Source of the DNA: an uncultured Acidobacteriota bacterium
GTDB lineage: Bacteria > Acidobacteriota > Thermoanaerobaculia > Multivoradales > UBA5704
Assembly: GCA_963700145.1 (NCBI GenBank)
Contig: OY969474.1
Coordinates: 576,001-640,000, forward strand
DNA length: 64,000 nucleotides
Direction of reading: 5' to 3'
The position numbers and the translations under genes are program-made. This document shows positions 39,096 to 48,382 of the stretch, piece by piece. Numbering within the stretch: the stretch's first letter is position 1; every line of letters starts with the position of its first letter. Under the pieces are notes generated by a model. The model made no database searches. It was not told where the DNA came from and saw only the letters and a list, made by a program, of their open reading frames with translations.

Positions 39096-40796
39096 ATGAG
39101 AAGAGCCCAGTACAGTCAGTGGACCCTGGTCGCGGCGTTCGTTTGCCTCGCCCTGGTCGCCGGCGCGGCCACCGCCGCGCCGCGACAGGTGGCGACGCTC
39201 AGCGGCGGCGCCGCCGGGGTGGAGTTCCGGCCCGTGATCGAGCACGAGAAGCTCGTGCTCACCGTCTCGGGACCGGGCGGGATGAGCTTCCGGCATGAAT
39301 TCGCCCAGGGTCAAGCCGCCACCTTCAGCGCTTTCGGCAAGGGCGGTCAGACCCTGCCGAACGGCGACTACACCTACGAGCTGCTGGCGGTGCCGCGGTT
39401 CTCGCCGGAGGTCCGGCAGCGCCTGGCCGCCGCGCGCAGCGAGGGCAACGAGCGCGCCGTCCTTGCCGAGCTGCGGCAGGCCGGCAAGCTGCCGAAGGGG
39501 ACGGTGCAGAGCGGCGGCTTCGTGATGGAGAACGGCACGTTCATCGTCGCCGGGGGTGTCGAGGCGACCGGCCCGAAGGCCGCCAAGGAGGCGGTGCGCG
39601 CGGTCACCGCCGCCGATCAGGTGATCCCGGACGACCTGATCGTCCAGGGGAGCGAGTGCGTCGGTCTCGACTGCGTCAACAACGAGAACTTCGGCTTCGA
39701 CACCATTCGCCTCAAGGAGAACAACCTCCGCATCCACTTCGACGACACCTCGACGCAGGTCGGGTTCCCGGCCAACGACTGGCGCCTCATCGCCAACGAC
39801 TCGGCTTCCGGCGGCTCGTCGAAGTTCTCGATCGAGGACTCGACCAGCTCCAAGACGCCGTTCACCATCACCGCGGGGGCGGCCACCAACTCGATCTTCG
39901 CCGACAGCACCGGCCGGATCGGCCTCCGCACCTCGACCCCGGTGCTCGACCTCCATATCAACACCGCTAACACTCCGGCCATCCGTCTCGAGCAGAACAA
40001 CTCCGGCGGCTTCACCGCCCAGACCTGGGACATCGGCGCCAACGAGGCCAACTTCTTCGTCCGCGACGTGACCGGCGGCTCGCGCCTGTCGTTCCGCATC
40101 CGGCCCGGCGCGCCGACCAGCTCGGTCGACATCTCGTCGGACGGTGAGGTCGGCATCGGCACGGGGAGCCCGGAGGTCAAGCTCCACGTCTTCGGCTCGA
40201 ACACGGAAGACACGAACATCTCCCTCGGTCCCAACCCGATCGGGACCCCCGCCACCGAATCGGCGCTCAACATCGGCTACGGCGGCGCCAGCTTCGGACG
40301 CGCTTCGGGTTTCTTCAACGTCCGGACTGATAGCGGCGCGACCGCGCCCAACCCGTCGTTGCGCTTCATGACCGCCGACTTGCAGCGGATCATGATCGAC
40401 AACCAGGGCAACATCGCCTTCGGCGCCGATGTCTCGGGAGCCAACCCCGCGGTGCCGCTGATCCACATCGGGGACAACGCGCGCCTCGAGGCCGGCATCT
40501 GGACGAACGGCTCGAGCCGCGCCATCAAGCACGACATTCAGCCGCTCGAGGCGAGCGAGGCGCTGGCGGCCTTTACCCAGCTCCAGCCGGTGCGCTATCG
40601 GGGCAACGAGAGCCCCGACGAGGTGGTTCTCGGCTTCATCGCCGAGGACGTCCCCGAGCTGGTCGCCTACAACGACCGCAAGTCGCTGAGCCCGATGGAC
40701 ATGGTCGCCGTCCTGACCAAGGTCGTCCAGGAGCAGCAGAAGACGATCGACCAGCTCAACGAGCGTCTCGGCGCGCTGGAGGAGAAGGAGAAGTAA
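39096..40796 (+). CDS. Secreted tail-fibre-like protein with S74 chaperone, paralog 2
   Basis: Same architecture as 37106..38836, with long identical blocks such as KEAVRAVTAADQVIPDDLIVQGSECVG. Confidence 0.8.
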   Translation: MRRAQYSQWTLVAAFVCLALVAGAATAAPRQVATLSGGAAGVEFRPVIEHEKLVLTVSGPGGMSFRHEFAQGQAATFSAFGKGGQTLPNGDYTYELLAVPRFSPEVRQRLAAARSEGNERAVLAELRQAGKLPKGTVQSGGFVMENGTFIVAGGVEATGPKAAKEAVRAVTAADQVIPDDLIVQGSECVGLDCVNNENFGFDTIRLKENNLRIHFDDTSTQVGFPANDWRLIANDSASGGSSKFSIEDSTSSKTPFTITAGAATNSIFADSTGRIGLRTSTPVLDLHINTANTPAIRLEQNNSGGFTAQTWDIGANEANFFVRDVTGGSRLSFRIRPGAPTSSVDISSDGEVGIGTGSPEVKLHVFGSNTEDTNISLGPNPIGTPATESALNIGYGGASFGRASGFFNVRTDSGATAPNPSLRFMTADLQRIMIDNQGNIAFGADVSGANPAVPLIHIGDNARLEAGIWTNGSSRAIKHDIQPLEASEALAAFTQLQPVRYRGNESPDEVVLGFIAEDVPELVAYNDRKSLSPMDMVAVLTKVVQEQQKTIDQLNERLGALEEKEK

Positions 40797-40819
40797 GAGC
40801 CCGCTGCAGCGAGTCTTCA

Positions 40820-40850
40820 GGGGCGGCCTTCGGGCCGCCCTTTCTGTTTC
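40820..40850 (+). terminator. Rho-independent terminator
   Basis: GGGCGGCC-TTCG-GGCCGCCC followed by TTTCTGTTT. Confidence 0.8.
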
Positions 40851-41496
40851 AACCGTCCATCCTGGCCAGGATCGTGAGCTCGTAGAGCGGATAGTCGTGC
40901 AGCAGGGCGACCGCCGGCGAGAAGCGGGTCTTGCAGTAATCGAAGAGAAAGAGCGGGTCGGCGTAGAAGAGGTCGGCCCGGCGTCGCTCCGGGTCGGAGT
41001 AGAGCGAGAGAGCGTTGAAGGCGAAGCCGCGGCGCGCCAGCTGTGCGAGGCGGTCGAGCGTCCCGAGCACGTACTCCCGCCAGGCGTCCTCCGGGGTGTC
41101 GAGCTTGACGTTGAAGACGCCGCTGGCGACGATGTAATCGGCCGCGCCGATCTCCGCCTCGTCGTCGGTGAACGCGACGCTGGGCCCGCCGTGGAGCTCT
41201 CTCGCCGTAGCGATCATCTCGGGCGAGATGTCGAATCCCATGTAGGAGGCCGGCAGCCCGCGCTCCCGCAGGTAGGGGACCAGCGCGCCGTAGCCGCAGC
41301 CGTAGTCGAGCAGCGAGAAGGCCCCCTCGCTCCCTTGCCAGAGCTTTGCGAGCTGGTCGAAGCGGAGCCGCTGCGAGGCCTCGGAGTTCCAGTCCGCGCC
41401 TCGCGGCGTCGCGCCATGGCGTCCGAGCGCGGACGAGTAATAGGCGCCGACGCGGGCGAGGAGGGCGGCGCGCTGCGGGGTGGGCGGCTCAGCCAT
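40849..41496 (-). CDS. Class I SAM-dependent methyltransferase (glycan-locus type)
   Basis: LLDYGCGYG, GFDIS and ASGVFN. Confidence 0.88.
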   Translation of the reverse strand: MAEPPTPQRAALLARVGAYYSSALGRHGATPRGADWNSEASQRLRFDQLAKLWQGSEGAFSLLDYGCGYGALVPYLRERGLPASYMGFDISPEMIATARELHGGPSVAFTDDEAEIGAADYIVASGVFNVKLDTPEDAWREYVLGTLDRLAQLARRGFAFNALSLYSDPERRRADLFYADPLFLFDYCKTRFSPAVALLHDYPLYELTILARMDG

Positions 41497-42232
41497 GGCG
41501 CGCGTGCAGGAGATAGCGGCGCGCCTGACCGCCGGCGTTGAAGAGCAGGTCGACGATGCTCACCTGGTGATCGAAAGGCGGATGGAGCTGTTCGTACTCG
41601 AGATATCCCGAGTAGTCGAAGTACTCGACCGCGATCCCGCGCCGTGCGAAGGGCTCCGTCCGCAGGTACGCCTTCGCCGCCGGACCCGACAGGTAGACCG
41701 CGGCGCCGGCCTGGGCGCAGATCTCCGCCAGGCGGCGGCTCCGCGTCGCGTCGCGCGCCGCTTCGTCGCCGGGCGGCTCGGACGCGGTCTGCTCCGCGGG
41801 GTACTCCCACGACCAGCGCAGCGGCGTGGCAATGCCCAGGAAGTCGCGGATGGCGGCCAGGAAGCGCGCGTTGATGGCGCTGAGCCGCGTCTCCGCGCAG
41901 TCGAGGTAGAGCCTCTCGAGCAGCGCCGCGGCCTCGCGGAAGCCGCGGGCGCGCCCGTAGCTGCCGACGAGCGTGCGCCAGTGCCGGGCGGGCCACGCGT
42001 GATCGCTGACCTCGATCTCGCGGATCGGCGACAGGTAGCGCCCCTTGGCCGCCACCGGGATCGTCAGCCAGACGGGGCCGGAGGAGGTCTTGATCCGATT
42101 CCGGTTGCGCCAGTCGCGGCGGGTGTACTGCACCTCGTCGTAGAGCACGAGCTCGTCGGCGGCGGCGATGAGGTCGAAGTAGCCTTTCCAGGGGATGTAG
42201 TTCGACTGCACGATCGCCACGCGCTTGCCCAT
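41489..42232 (-). CDS. WbqC-family protein
   Basis: IVQSNYIPWKGYFDLI, WRNRNRI, YLSGPAAKAY and SIVDLLFN. Confidence 0.92.
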   Translation of the reverse strand: MGKRVAIVQSNYIPWKGYFDLIAAADELVLYDEVQYTRRDWRNRNRIKTSSGPVWLTIPVAAKGRYLSPIREIEVSDHAWPARHWRTLVGSYGRARGFREAAALLERLYLDCAETRLSAINARFLAAIRDFLGIATPLRWSWEYPAEQTASEPPGDEAARDATRSRRLAEICAQAGAAVYLSGPAAKAYLRTEPFARRGIAVEYFDYSGYLEYEQLHPPFDHQVSIVDLLFNAGGQARRYLLHARHG

Positions 42233-42244
42233 GCGGCGGCGAGT

Positions 42245-43393
42245 CTAGCGCGCGGGTGACGGGCCCTCGAGGATCACTTCGATGACGCGTGCCTGCTCCG
42301 CGTCGCTCAGGCTGTTGAAGAGCGGCAGGCGCAGCAGCCGGTCGCTGACGCTCTCGGTCACCGGACAGTCGCCGGGCCGCCCGCCGAAGCGCCGTCCCAT
42401 CTCCGACAGGTGGAGCGGCAGGTAGTGGAAGGTCGAGTAGACGTCGGCCCGCCGCAAGCGGGCGCTGAACTCTTCGCGCTCGGCGAGCGACGGGAAGAGC
42501 AGGTAGAAGAGGTGGTACGCCTGGCTGCAGTGCGGCGGCACCACCGGCAGCCGGACGCCGTGCGCCGCGGCCCAACCGGCGAGCGCGGCGGCATAGGTCT
42601 CCCAGAGCTGGCGCCGCCGGCGCTGCGTCTCCGCGCTGCGTTCGAGCTGGGCGAGGAGGAAGCCGGCCAGGATGTCGGAGGGCAGGTAGCTGGAGCCGAC
42701 GTCGACCCAGGTGTACTTGTCCACCTCGCCGCGGAAGAAGCGGCTCCGGTTGGTCCCCTTCTCGCGCAGGATCTCGGCGCGCTCGAAGAGCGCCGGGTCG
42801 TTGACCACCAGCGCGCCGCCTTCGCCGCAAGTGACGTTCTTGGTCTCGTGGAAGCTCAGCGTGGAGAGGACGCCGAAGGTGCCGAGCGGCCGGTCGCGAT
42901 AGGCCCCGAAGAGGCCGTGAGCGTTGTCCTCGACGATCGCGGCGCCGCACCGCCGGCCGATCTCCTGCAGGGCGTCCATCTCGCAGCCGATGCCGGCATA
43001 GTGGACGGGAAGGATGACGCGGGTGCGCGACGTCACCTTGCGCTCGACGTCGGCCTCGTCGACGTTCAGGGTGTCCTGCCGGATGTCGGCGAAGACGGGC
43101 TGGGCGCCGCGCAGCACGAAGGCGTTGGCGGTCGAGACGAAGGTGAACGCCGGCATGACGACCTCGTCGCCGGGACCCGCCTCGAGCAGCAGCGCGGCCA
43201 GCTCCAGTGCGTGCGTGCAGGAGGTGGTGAGGAAGACGCGCGGCGCGCCGAGGATCTCCTGCAGCCTTTCGTGGCAGCGGCGGGTGTACCAGCCGTCGCC
43301 CGAGAGATGACTGCGCTCGACCGCGTCGGCGATGTACTCCAGCTCCCGGCCGGCGAGCGAGGGCCGGTTGAAGGGCACGCGCGGCTCGCTCAT
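42245..43393 (-). CDS. wecE: dTDP-4-amino-4,6-dideoxygalactose transaminase (DegT family)
   Basis: PFNRP, TTSCTHALE, SFHETKNVTCGEGG and EKGTNRSRFFRGEVDKYTW. Confidence 0.9.
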   Translation of the reverse strand: MSEPRVPFNRPSLAGRELEYIADAVERSHLSGDGWYTRRCHERLQEILGAPRVFLTTSCTHALELAALLLEAGPGDEVVMPAFTFVSTANAFVLRGAQPVFADIRQDTLNVDEADVERKVTSRTRVILPVHYAGIGCEMDALQEIGRRCGAAIVEDNAHGLFGAYRDRPLGTFGVLSTLSFHETKNVTCGEGGALVVNDPALFERAEILREKGTNRSRFFRGEVDKYTWVDVGSSYLPSDILAGFLLAQLERSAETQRRRRQLWETYAAALAGWAAAHGVRLPVVPPHCSQAYHLFYLLFPSLAEREEFSARLRRADVYSTFHYLPLHLSEMGRRFGGRPGDCPVTESVSDRLLRLPLFNSLSDAEQARVIEVILEGPSPAR

Positions 43394-45075
43394 GCCGGCC
43401 CTTTCGCGATGCGCAGGAAGGTGACGGCGAAACCGGCGATCGGCCCCTCGATCTCCTCGCGGTCGAGCTGCTGGGCGCCGAGGCCGACCCGCGCCAGCGC
43501 CTGCGTGGCCTCGGCGAAGGCGTTCGCGTGGTCCGACAGGACGGCAATCCGCTGCCCCGGCGCGAGGCTCGCGTTGCCGCAGACCGTGGGGCCGGGCAAG
43601 TTCGGGAACCCCAGGTTCACGACGCAGGGGCTGAACAGGTACGCGCTCGCCACCGCGTCGAAGACCTGGCCGTTCTCCTCGTCGTAGTTGTACCAGAGCC
43701 AGGTCGTGAACGTCGGGTCGGAGCGCTCGATCGCCACGACCGCCTGGTCCATCTGCAGAAAGAGATCGCGCGCCAGGTCCTCGGGGCGCTGGTGGACCCG
43801 TGTCTTGATCAGCGCCTGCGACGAGGCGGCGGCGAGGAGCAGGACCGCGGCGGCGGCGGCGCCGCGGGCGCCGGAGACGAGCACCGCGACGCCGGCGAGG
43901 CCGAGCAGCAGGGGCGCGGTGACCGGCGCGTCGCTGCCGATCCAGGGAATGAGGTCCTGTCGACGGAAACCCGGCAGCCAGAGGAGCAGGTGCGCCGAGA
44001 CGGCCAGCGCGCAGAGCCCCAGGTAAGCGCGGCTGGGGACGCCCTCGACGAGCACGGCCGCTTGGCCGGCGAAGGCCAGGAACGCGGGCGGCAGGAGCAG
44101 GCTCGCGGCGTAGGGGTGCTGGAGCAGGCTGAACCCCGCGAGCTGCAGGACGAGGACGGCGACAGCGAAGGCGAGGAGCTGGAGCTGGCTCGCGAGCAGC
44201 AACGGATCGGCGTCCCGCCCGCGCCGCCGGCGCAGCAGGAGAGCGAGGGCGCCGCAGGTCGCCAGCGCGGGGAACACCAGCCAGGTGGCCTGCTGGAGCC
44301 AGGTGTAGTCCTGGGCCCGCCAGATGTTCGGCGTGCGGCCGGAGCTGACCTCGAGCGCGAACCGCAAGGAGCTGCGCAGGAAGAAGAGCGGCCCGCCGGC
44401 CGCCCGGTTGATCAGCGCCAGCGCCGCGATCGTCAACCCTCCGCCCGCCGCCGCCCAGCCGGCGCTGGGCACGAGCGGTCGCTGCGCCGACCGCCGGTTG
44501 AGAAACAGGAAGGCGGCGGCAAGCAGCGGCAGATACAGGACGTAGAGGATGTTGGCGGAGATCATCGCCGCGCCGGCGGCGCCGGCGAGGAAGAGCGCCG
44601 TCCGCGGCGCCCGCCCGCCCGCCGCCGCCGTCGTGCCGAGGAGCGCCGCGAAGAAGTAGGTAAGGCCGAAGCCGTCGACGTAGTTGGAGCCGATGGCGAG
44701 GAGAAACCAGGGGTGGGCGCCGAGGCAGATCGCCGCCAACAGGGCCGGCCGGCGGCCGAAGAGCATTGCGGCGGTGCCGAAGAAGCCGAGCACCGCCGTC
44801 CAGTAGAGGGCCAGGTGGAGCGCGAAGTTCGCCGCCAGCGGCGGCAGCAGGTGGTGGAAGCCGAAGCCGAGCAGGTTGACCGACAGCCGCGACGAGTAGT
44901 AGAGGTTCGGGAACTGGCTCGCGTAGGCGAGGGCGTTCTGGAAGTAGCCGTAGTAGATCCAGTGGTCGCGGTAAGGGCCGCTGTAGATCCACTGCGAGTC
45001 CACGATCAGGAGCGCCACCGGCAGGGCGGCGAGGGTGGCGATCGACGCGACGGCGGGGAGGCTGGCGCGGCTCAA
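43390..45075 (-). CDS. Polytopic membrane protein, probable GT-C-type glycosyltransferase
   Basis: TTG start overlapping the upstream stop. Many TM helices, an early loop with DHWIYYGYF, and a soluble C-terminal domain. Confidence 0.6.
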   Translation of the reverse strand: MSRASLPAVASIATLAALPVALLIVDSQWIYSGPYRDHWIYYGYFQNALAYASQFPNLYYSSRLSVNLLGFGFHHLLPPLAANFALHLALYWTAVLGFFGTAAMLFGRRPALLAAICLGAHPWFLLAIGSNYVDGFGLTYFFAALLGTTAAAGGRAPRTALFLAGAAGAAMISANILYVLYLPLLAAAFLFLNRRSAQRPLVPSAGWAAAGGGLTIAALALINRAAGGPLFFLRSSLRFALEVSSGRTPNIWRAQDYTWLQQATWLVFPALATCGALALLLRRRRGRDADPLLLASQLQLLAFAVAVLVLQLAGFSLLQHPYAASLLLPPAFLAFAGQAAVLVEGVPSRAYLGLCALAVSAHLLLWLPGFRRQDLIPWIGSDAPVTAPLLLGLAGVAVLVSGARGAAAAAVLLLAAASSQALIKTRVHQRPEDLARDLFLQMDQAVVAIERSDPTFTTWLWYNYDEENGQVFDAVASAYLFSPCVVNLGFPNLPGPTVCGNASLAPGQRIAVLSDHANAFAEATQALARVGLGAQQLDREEIEGPIAGFAVTFLRIAKGPA

Positions 45076-45983
45076 AGCTGCTCCAGCACGGCCAGTCCGA
45101 TGCCGGTGGCGCCATAGCCGTTGCCGTTGTAGAGCATGTAGCGCTCCCCGTCGGCGTCGAAGACGCTGGCGTAGGCCACCATCTCCGAGTCCCACCCGGC
45201 GGGGGAGACGTCGATGCCCGCCTCCTCGTCGCGACGGTGCCAGGAGAGCCCGTCGGGCGACTCGGCGTAGCCGATGCGGTAGCTCGCGCCGCGGCGCGAG
45301 TACCACATCCGGTAGCGCCCCGCCTCGCGCAACACCCAGGGCCGCGACAGCGCGTACTCGTCCGGCGCGTCGAAGTCGATGCACACCAGGCCGCGGCGGC
45401 ACCACTGCAGGCCGTCGCCCGACTCGGCGTACTTGATGAGGTAGCGGTGGCGCGGCCCTGCCGGCGTCGGCTCCCAGCCGACGCAGGAGAGGTACCAGAG
45501 CCGCCACTTGCCGTCCTCCACGAGCACGCAGGGGCTGGCGGTGAAGAACGGATCGTGGACGTCGCGGTCGAGCACCGGCCCCTCGCTCACGCGGGCGAAC
45601 GACTCGCCGCCGTCGCGGCTCTCGGCGGCCCCGATGGCGTTGCGGAACGGCACCGTGATGCCCCGGTTCCAGCCAATGTAGTAGAGGAGCAGCCGCCCCT
45701 CCTCCTCGACGATCCAGGTCGCCATCGCGCCGTCCTCGTCGAAGGTGCCGAGCGCGCCCGGGGAGAGGGCCGGTCGCGCCGCGAGCCGCAGCAGCCGATC
45801 GGGGTGCCGCGGATCGAAGTCGAAGAAGCCGGTGTGGGACCGGTTGGCGCGGTCGCGCGGCGAGAAGAAGACGCGCCAGCGGTGCGCCCCCAGCCGCAGC
45901 GGCACGGGCACCGCGGCGTGGGAGACCCCCCAGTCGCCGAGCGGGGCCGGCGAGTAGATCCGCCCGAGCTTGCGCCACCTCAT
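45072..45983 (-). CDS. Five-bladed beta-propeller glycoside-hydrolase-like protein
   Basis: Repeated YAES.DG..W blades and MLYNGNGYGATGIGLA, typical of WbqC/WecE-associated loci. Confidence 0.7.
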   Translation of the reverse strand: MRWRKLGRIYSPAPLGDWGVSHAAVPVPLRLGAHRWRVFFSPRDRANRSHTGFFDFDPRHPDRLLRLAARPALSPGALGTFDEDGAMATWIVEEEGRLLLYYIGWNRGITVPFRNAIGAAESRDGGESFARVSEGPVLDRDVHDPFFTASPCVLVEDGKWRLWYLSCVGWEPTPAGPRHRYLIKYAESGDGLQWCRRGLVCIDFDAPDEYALSRPWVLREAGRYRMWYSRRGASYRIGYAESPDGLSWHRRDEEAGIDVSPAGWDSEMVAYASVFDADGERYMLYNGNGYGATGIGLAVLEQL

Positions 45984-45989
45984 GGCGGT

Positions 45990-46955
45990 CTACGGCGCGC
46001 CGGCGGCCGGTCCGCTCGCGCCGTCGTCGCCGGCGGTCCCGCCGCGGTAGACGTCGCGAACCACCGTGAAGGGCCGGTCCTTGGCCTCGCTGAAGACCTT
46101 GGCGAGGTAGATCCCGACGATGCCGACGCAGAACAGGTTGAGGCCGCCCATGAAGCAGAGCGCGACCATCGTCGACACCCACCCCGGCAGGAGCTGGCCG
46201 AAGAACAGGCTGCGGACGATCAGGGCGCCCGCCCCGGCGAGCGACAGGAACAGGATCGCGATGCCGAGGTAGAAGATCATCACCAGCGGACGGGTGCTGA
46301 AGGAGGTGACCGAGTTGACCGCCAGCGCGATCTTCCGCCGCAGCGTGTAGCTGCTCACTCCCTTGTGCAGCTTGTGCGCCGGGACGCCGACCTGCCGGTA
46401 GCCGGTCGCCGACCAGAGCCCCGCCAGGAAGATCTCCCGGTCCCGGTGCGCGAGCAGGCTGTCGACGTAGCGCCGTGTCATCAGGCGGGCGCAGAGCTGG
46501 TTGGCCGGCACTTCCTCGGCCGACAGCCAGTTGAAGAAGCGGTAGAAGAGGGCGCCGGTGGCGCGCTCGATCGGCCCTCCCTTGCGGCTCTCCTGCACGC
46601 CGTAGACGACGTCCGCGCCGCTGCGGTCCATCGCCTCGGAAAACACCTGCAGCAGCTCCGGCTCCTCCTCGAGGTCGGCGTCGAGCAGGAAGACACGGCG
46701 CCCGCGGGCGTGCGCGAGCCCCGTCATCATCGCCTTGTGATGGCCGAAGTTGCGGGAGAGGTCGACGACGCAGAGGCGCGGGTCGCGCCGCTGCAGCTCG
46801 AGAGCGATCTGCAGCGACTCGTCCGGCGAGCCGTCGTTGACCAGGACGATCTCGTAGTCCAGGCCGAGCTGCCGCGCCGTCGCGGAGGCGCGGCGATGGA
46901 ACTCCTCCACATAGGCCGCCGAGCGGTAAAGAGAGGAAACGATGGAGAGGTCCAT
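45990..46955 (-). CDS. GT2 polyprenyl-phosphate glycosyltransferase (GtrB/ArnC-like)
   Basis: VNDGSPD, LSRNFGHHKAM, DADLEE and two C-terminal TM helices. Confidence 0.88.
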   Translation of the reverse strand: MDLSIVSSLYRSAAYVEEFHRRASATARQLGLDYEIVLVNDGSPDESLQIALELQRRDPRLCVVDLSRNFGHHKAMMTGLAHARGRRVFLLDADLEEEPELLQVFSEAMDRSGADVVYGVQESRKGGPIERATGALFYRFFNWLSAEEVPANQLCARLMTRRYVDSLLAHRDREIFLAGLWSATGYRQVGVPAHKLHKGVSSYTLRRKIALAVNSVTSFSTRPLVMIFYLGIAILFLSLAGAGALIVRSLFFGQLLPGWVSTMVALCFMGGLNLFCVGIVGIYLAKVFSEAKDRPFTVVRDVYRGGTAGDDGASGPAAGAP

Positions 46956-47002
46956 GGTGGGTCGCGCTGGGCGCCGGCGCTCGCCGGGCGGAGCGGGCCG
47001 GG

Positions 47003-47662
47003 TCAGAGCTCGACCTGGTCGCTCCGCTTCTCGAGGAGCACGGCGCGCTGCGGGGCGTAGACCCCCCCCTCGATCGTGTCGTTCATGATCACCGCGCCGC
47101 CGCCGATCAGCGTGCGCGGCGCGATGGTGATCGAGTTGCGCAGCGTGGCGTTGACGCCGATGAAGCAGTAGCTGCCCACCCTGACGTAGCCCGAGATGAC
47201 GACGTGCGAGGCGATGAAGCAGTGGCTCTCGATGACCGCGTCGTGGCCGATGTGGTTGCCGCTCCAGAGCGTCACGTCGTCGCCGATGCGGACCATCGGC
47301 TGGATCGTGTTGTCCTCGAGGATGAAGCAGTTGTCGCCGATCGGCTGGTCGGTCAGGAAGGAGCAGCGGCTGCTGACGTAGCTCACCAGGCGGTAGCCGA
47401 GCGCCCGCGCCTGCTCGAACTTGGCCGCCCGCACCTGGTTCATCCGCGTGTAGCTGAGGGCCACGAACATGGCGAACTCGTCGGGGGGGTAGAGCTCCGA
47501 CACCGCGGCGAAGTCGACCAGCGGCAGCCCCTGGAACTCGTCCTCCCGGCGGTACTCGCCGTCGACGGTGAAGGCAACGACCTCATGGTCGCTGTCGTGG
47601 GTGAAGTAGTAGTGCGCCAGCCGCGCGATGTCGCCGGCGCCGAACAGGACGAGCCTGGCCAT
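47003..47662 (-). CDS. NeuD/PglD-like sugar acyltransferase
   Basis: LVLFGAG, hexapeptide repeats and HIGHD. Confidence 0.88.
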   Translation of the reverse strand: MARLVLFGAGDIARLAHYYFTHDSDHEVVAFTVDGEYRREDEFQGLPLVDFAAVSELYPPDEFAMFVALSYTRMNQVRAAKFEQARALGYRLVSYVSSRCSFLTDQPIGDNCFILEDNTIQPMVRIGDDVTLWSGNHIGHDAVIESHCFIASHVVISGYVRVGSYCFIGVNATLRNSITIAPRTLIGGGAVIMNDTIEGGVYAPQRAVLLEKRSDQVEL

Positions 47663-47754
47663 CCGACGCTTCGCCTCCCTTGGGTCGCCGCGGCGGATTC
47701 TAGCCCACCCCCGGAACGCTAGACTGGCGCCTCCGTGCTCCCGCCACGCCCCCG

Positions 47755-48372
47755 ATGAGTCACCGCTCCAGCGGCATCTACCGGCTCTTCGACTCCGCGG
47801 CGCTCTACGAGCGCGTCCAGCGCCTGCTCGGCAGCGACTCGGCGCGCCGCCGCTACGTCCGGGACTTCCTCCGCCCGCGCCCCGGGATAAGGGTGCTCGA
47901 CATCGGCTGCGGCACCGGCGCCATCCTCGAGCACCTGCCCGCCGACGTGGACTACGTCGGGTACGACCTCAACCCCCGGTACGTGGAGGCCGCCCGCCGC
48001 CGCTACGCCGGGCGCGGGCGCTTCTTCTGCGCGCGGGTGGAGGAGGAGCCCGACGCCCCCGGCGGTTTCGATCTCGTGCTGGCCACCGCGGTCCTGCACC
48101 ACCTCGACGATGCCACGGCCGACCGCCTGGTCGCGAGCGCCCACCGCGGCTTGCGCGCCGGGGGTTGCCTGGTGACCCTCGATCCCGTCGTTCACCCCGG
48201 CCAGTCGCCGGTCGCGCGGCTGCTCATCGCCCTCGACCGGGGGCGGAAAGTGCGGACGCCGGAGGGATACCGCGCTCTCGTGGCCGGCCGTTTCGCCGCC
48301 GTCGAGGAGCATCTGCTCACCGACCTCGCGGCGGTGCCCTACAGCCACTTCGTGCTGCGGGCGCGCAAGTAG
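47755..48372 (+). CDS. Class I SAM-dependent methyltransferase
   Basis: VLDIGCGTG, VLHHLDD and LDRG. Confidence 0.88.
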   Translation: MSHRSSGIYRLFDSAALYERVQRLLGSDSARRRYVRDFLRPRPGIRVLDIGCGTGAILEHLPADVDYVGYDLNPRYVEAARRRYAGRGRFFCARVEEEPDAPGGFDLVLATAVLHHLDDATADRLVASAHRGLRAGGCLVTLDPVVHPGQSPVARLLIALDRGRKVRTPEGYRALVAGRFAAVEEHLLTDLAAVPYSHFVLRARK

Positions 48373-48382
48373 GCGCCGCAGC

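Noticed and set aside
37106-40796. Prophage remnant
   Set aside because: Both genes have signal peptides, their own promoters and terminators, and host-like codon usage. No other phage genes are nearby.
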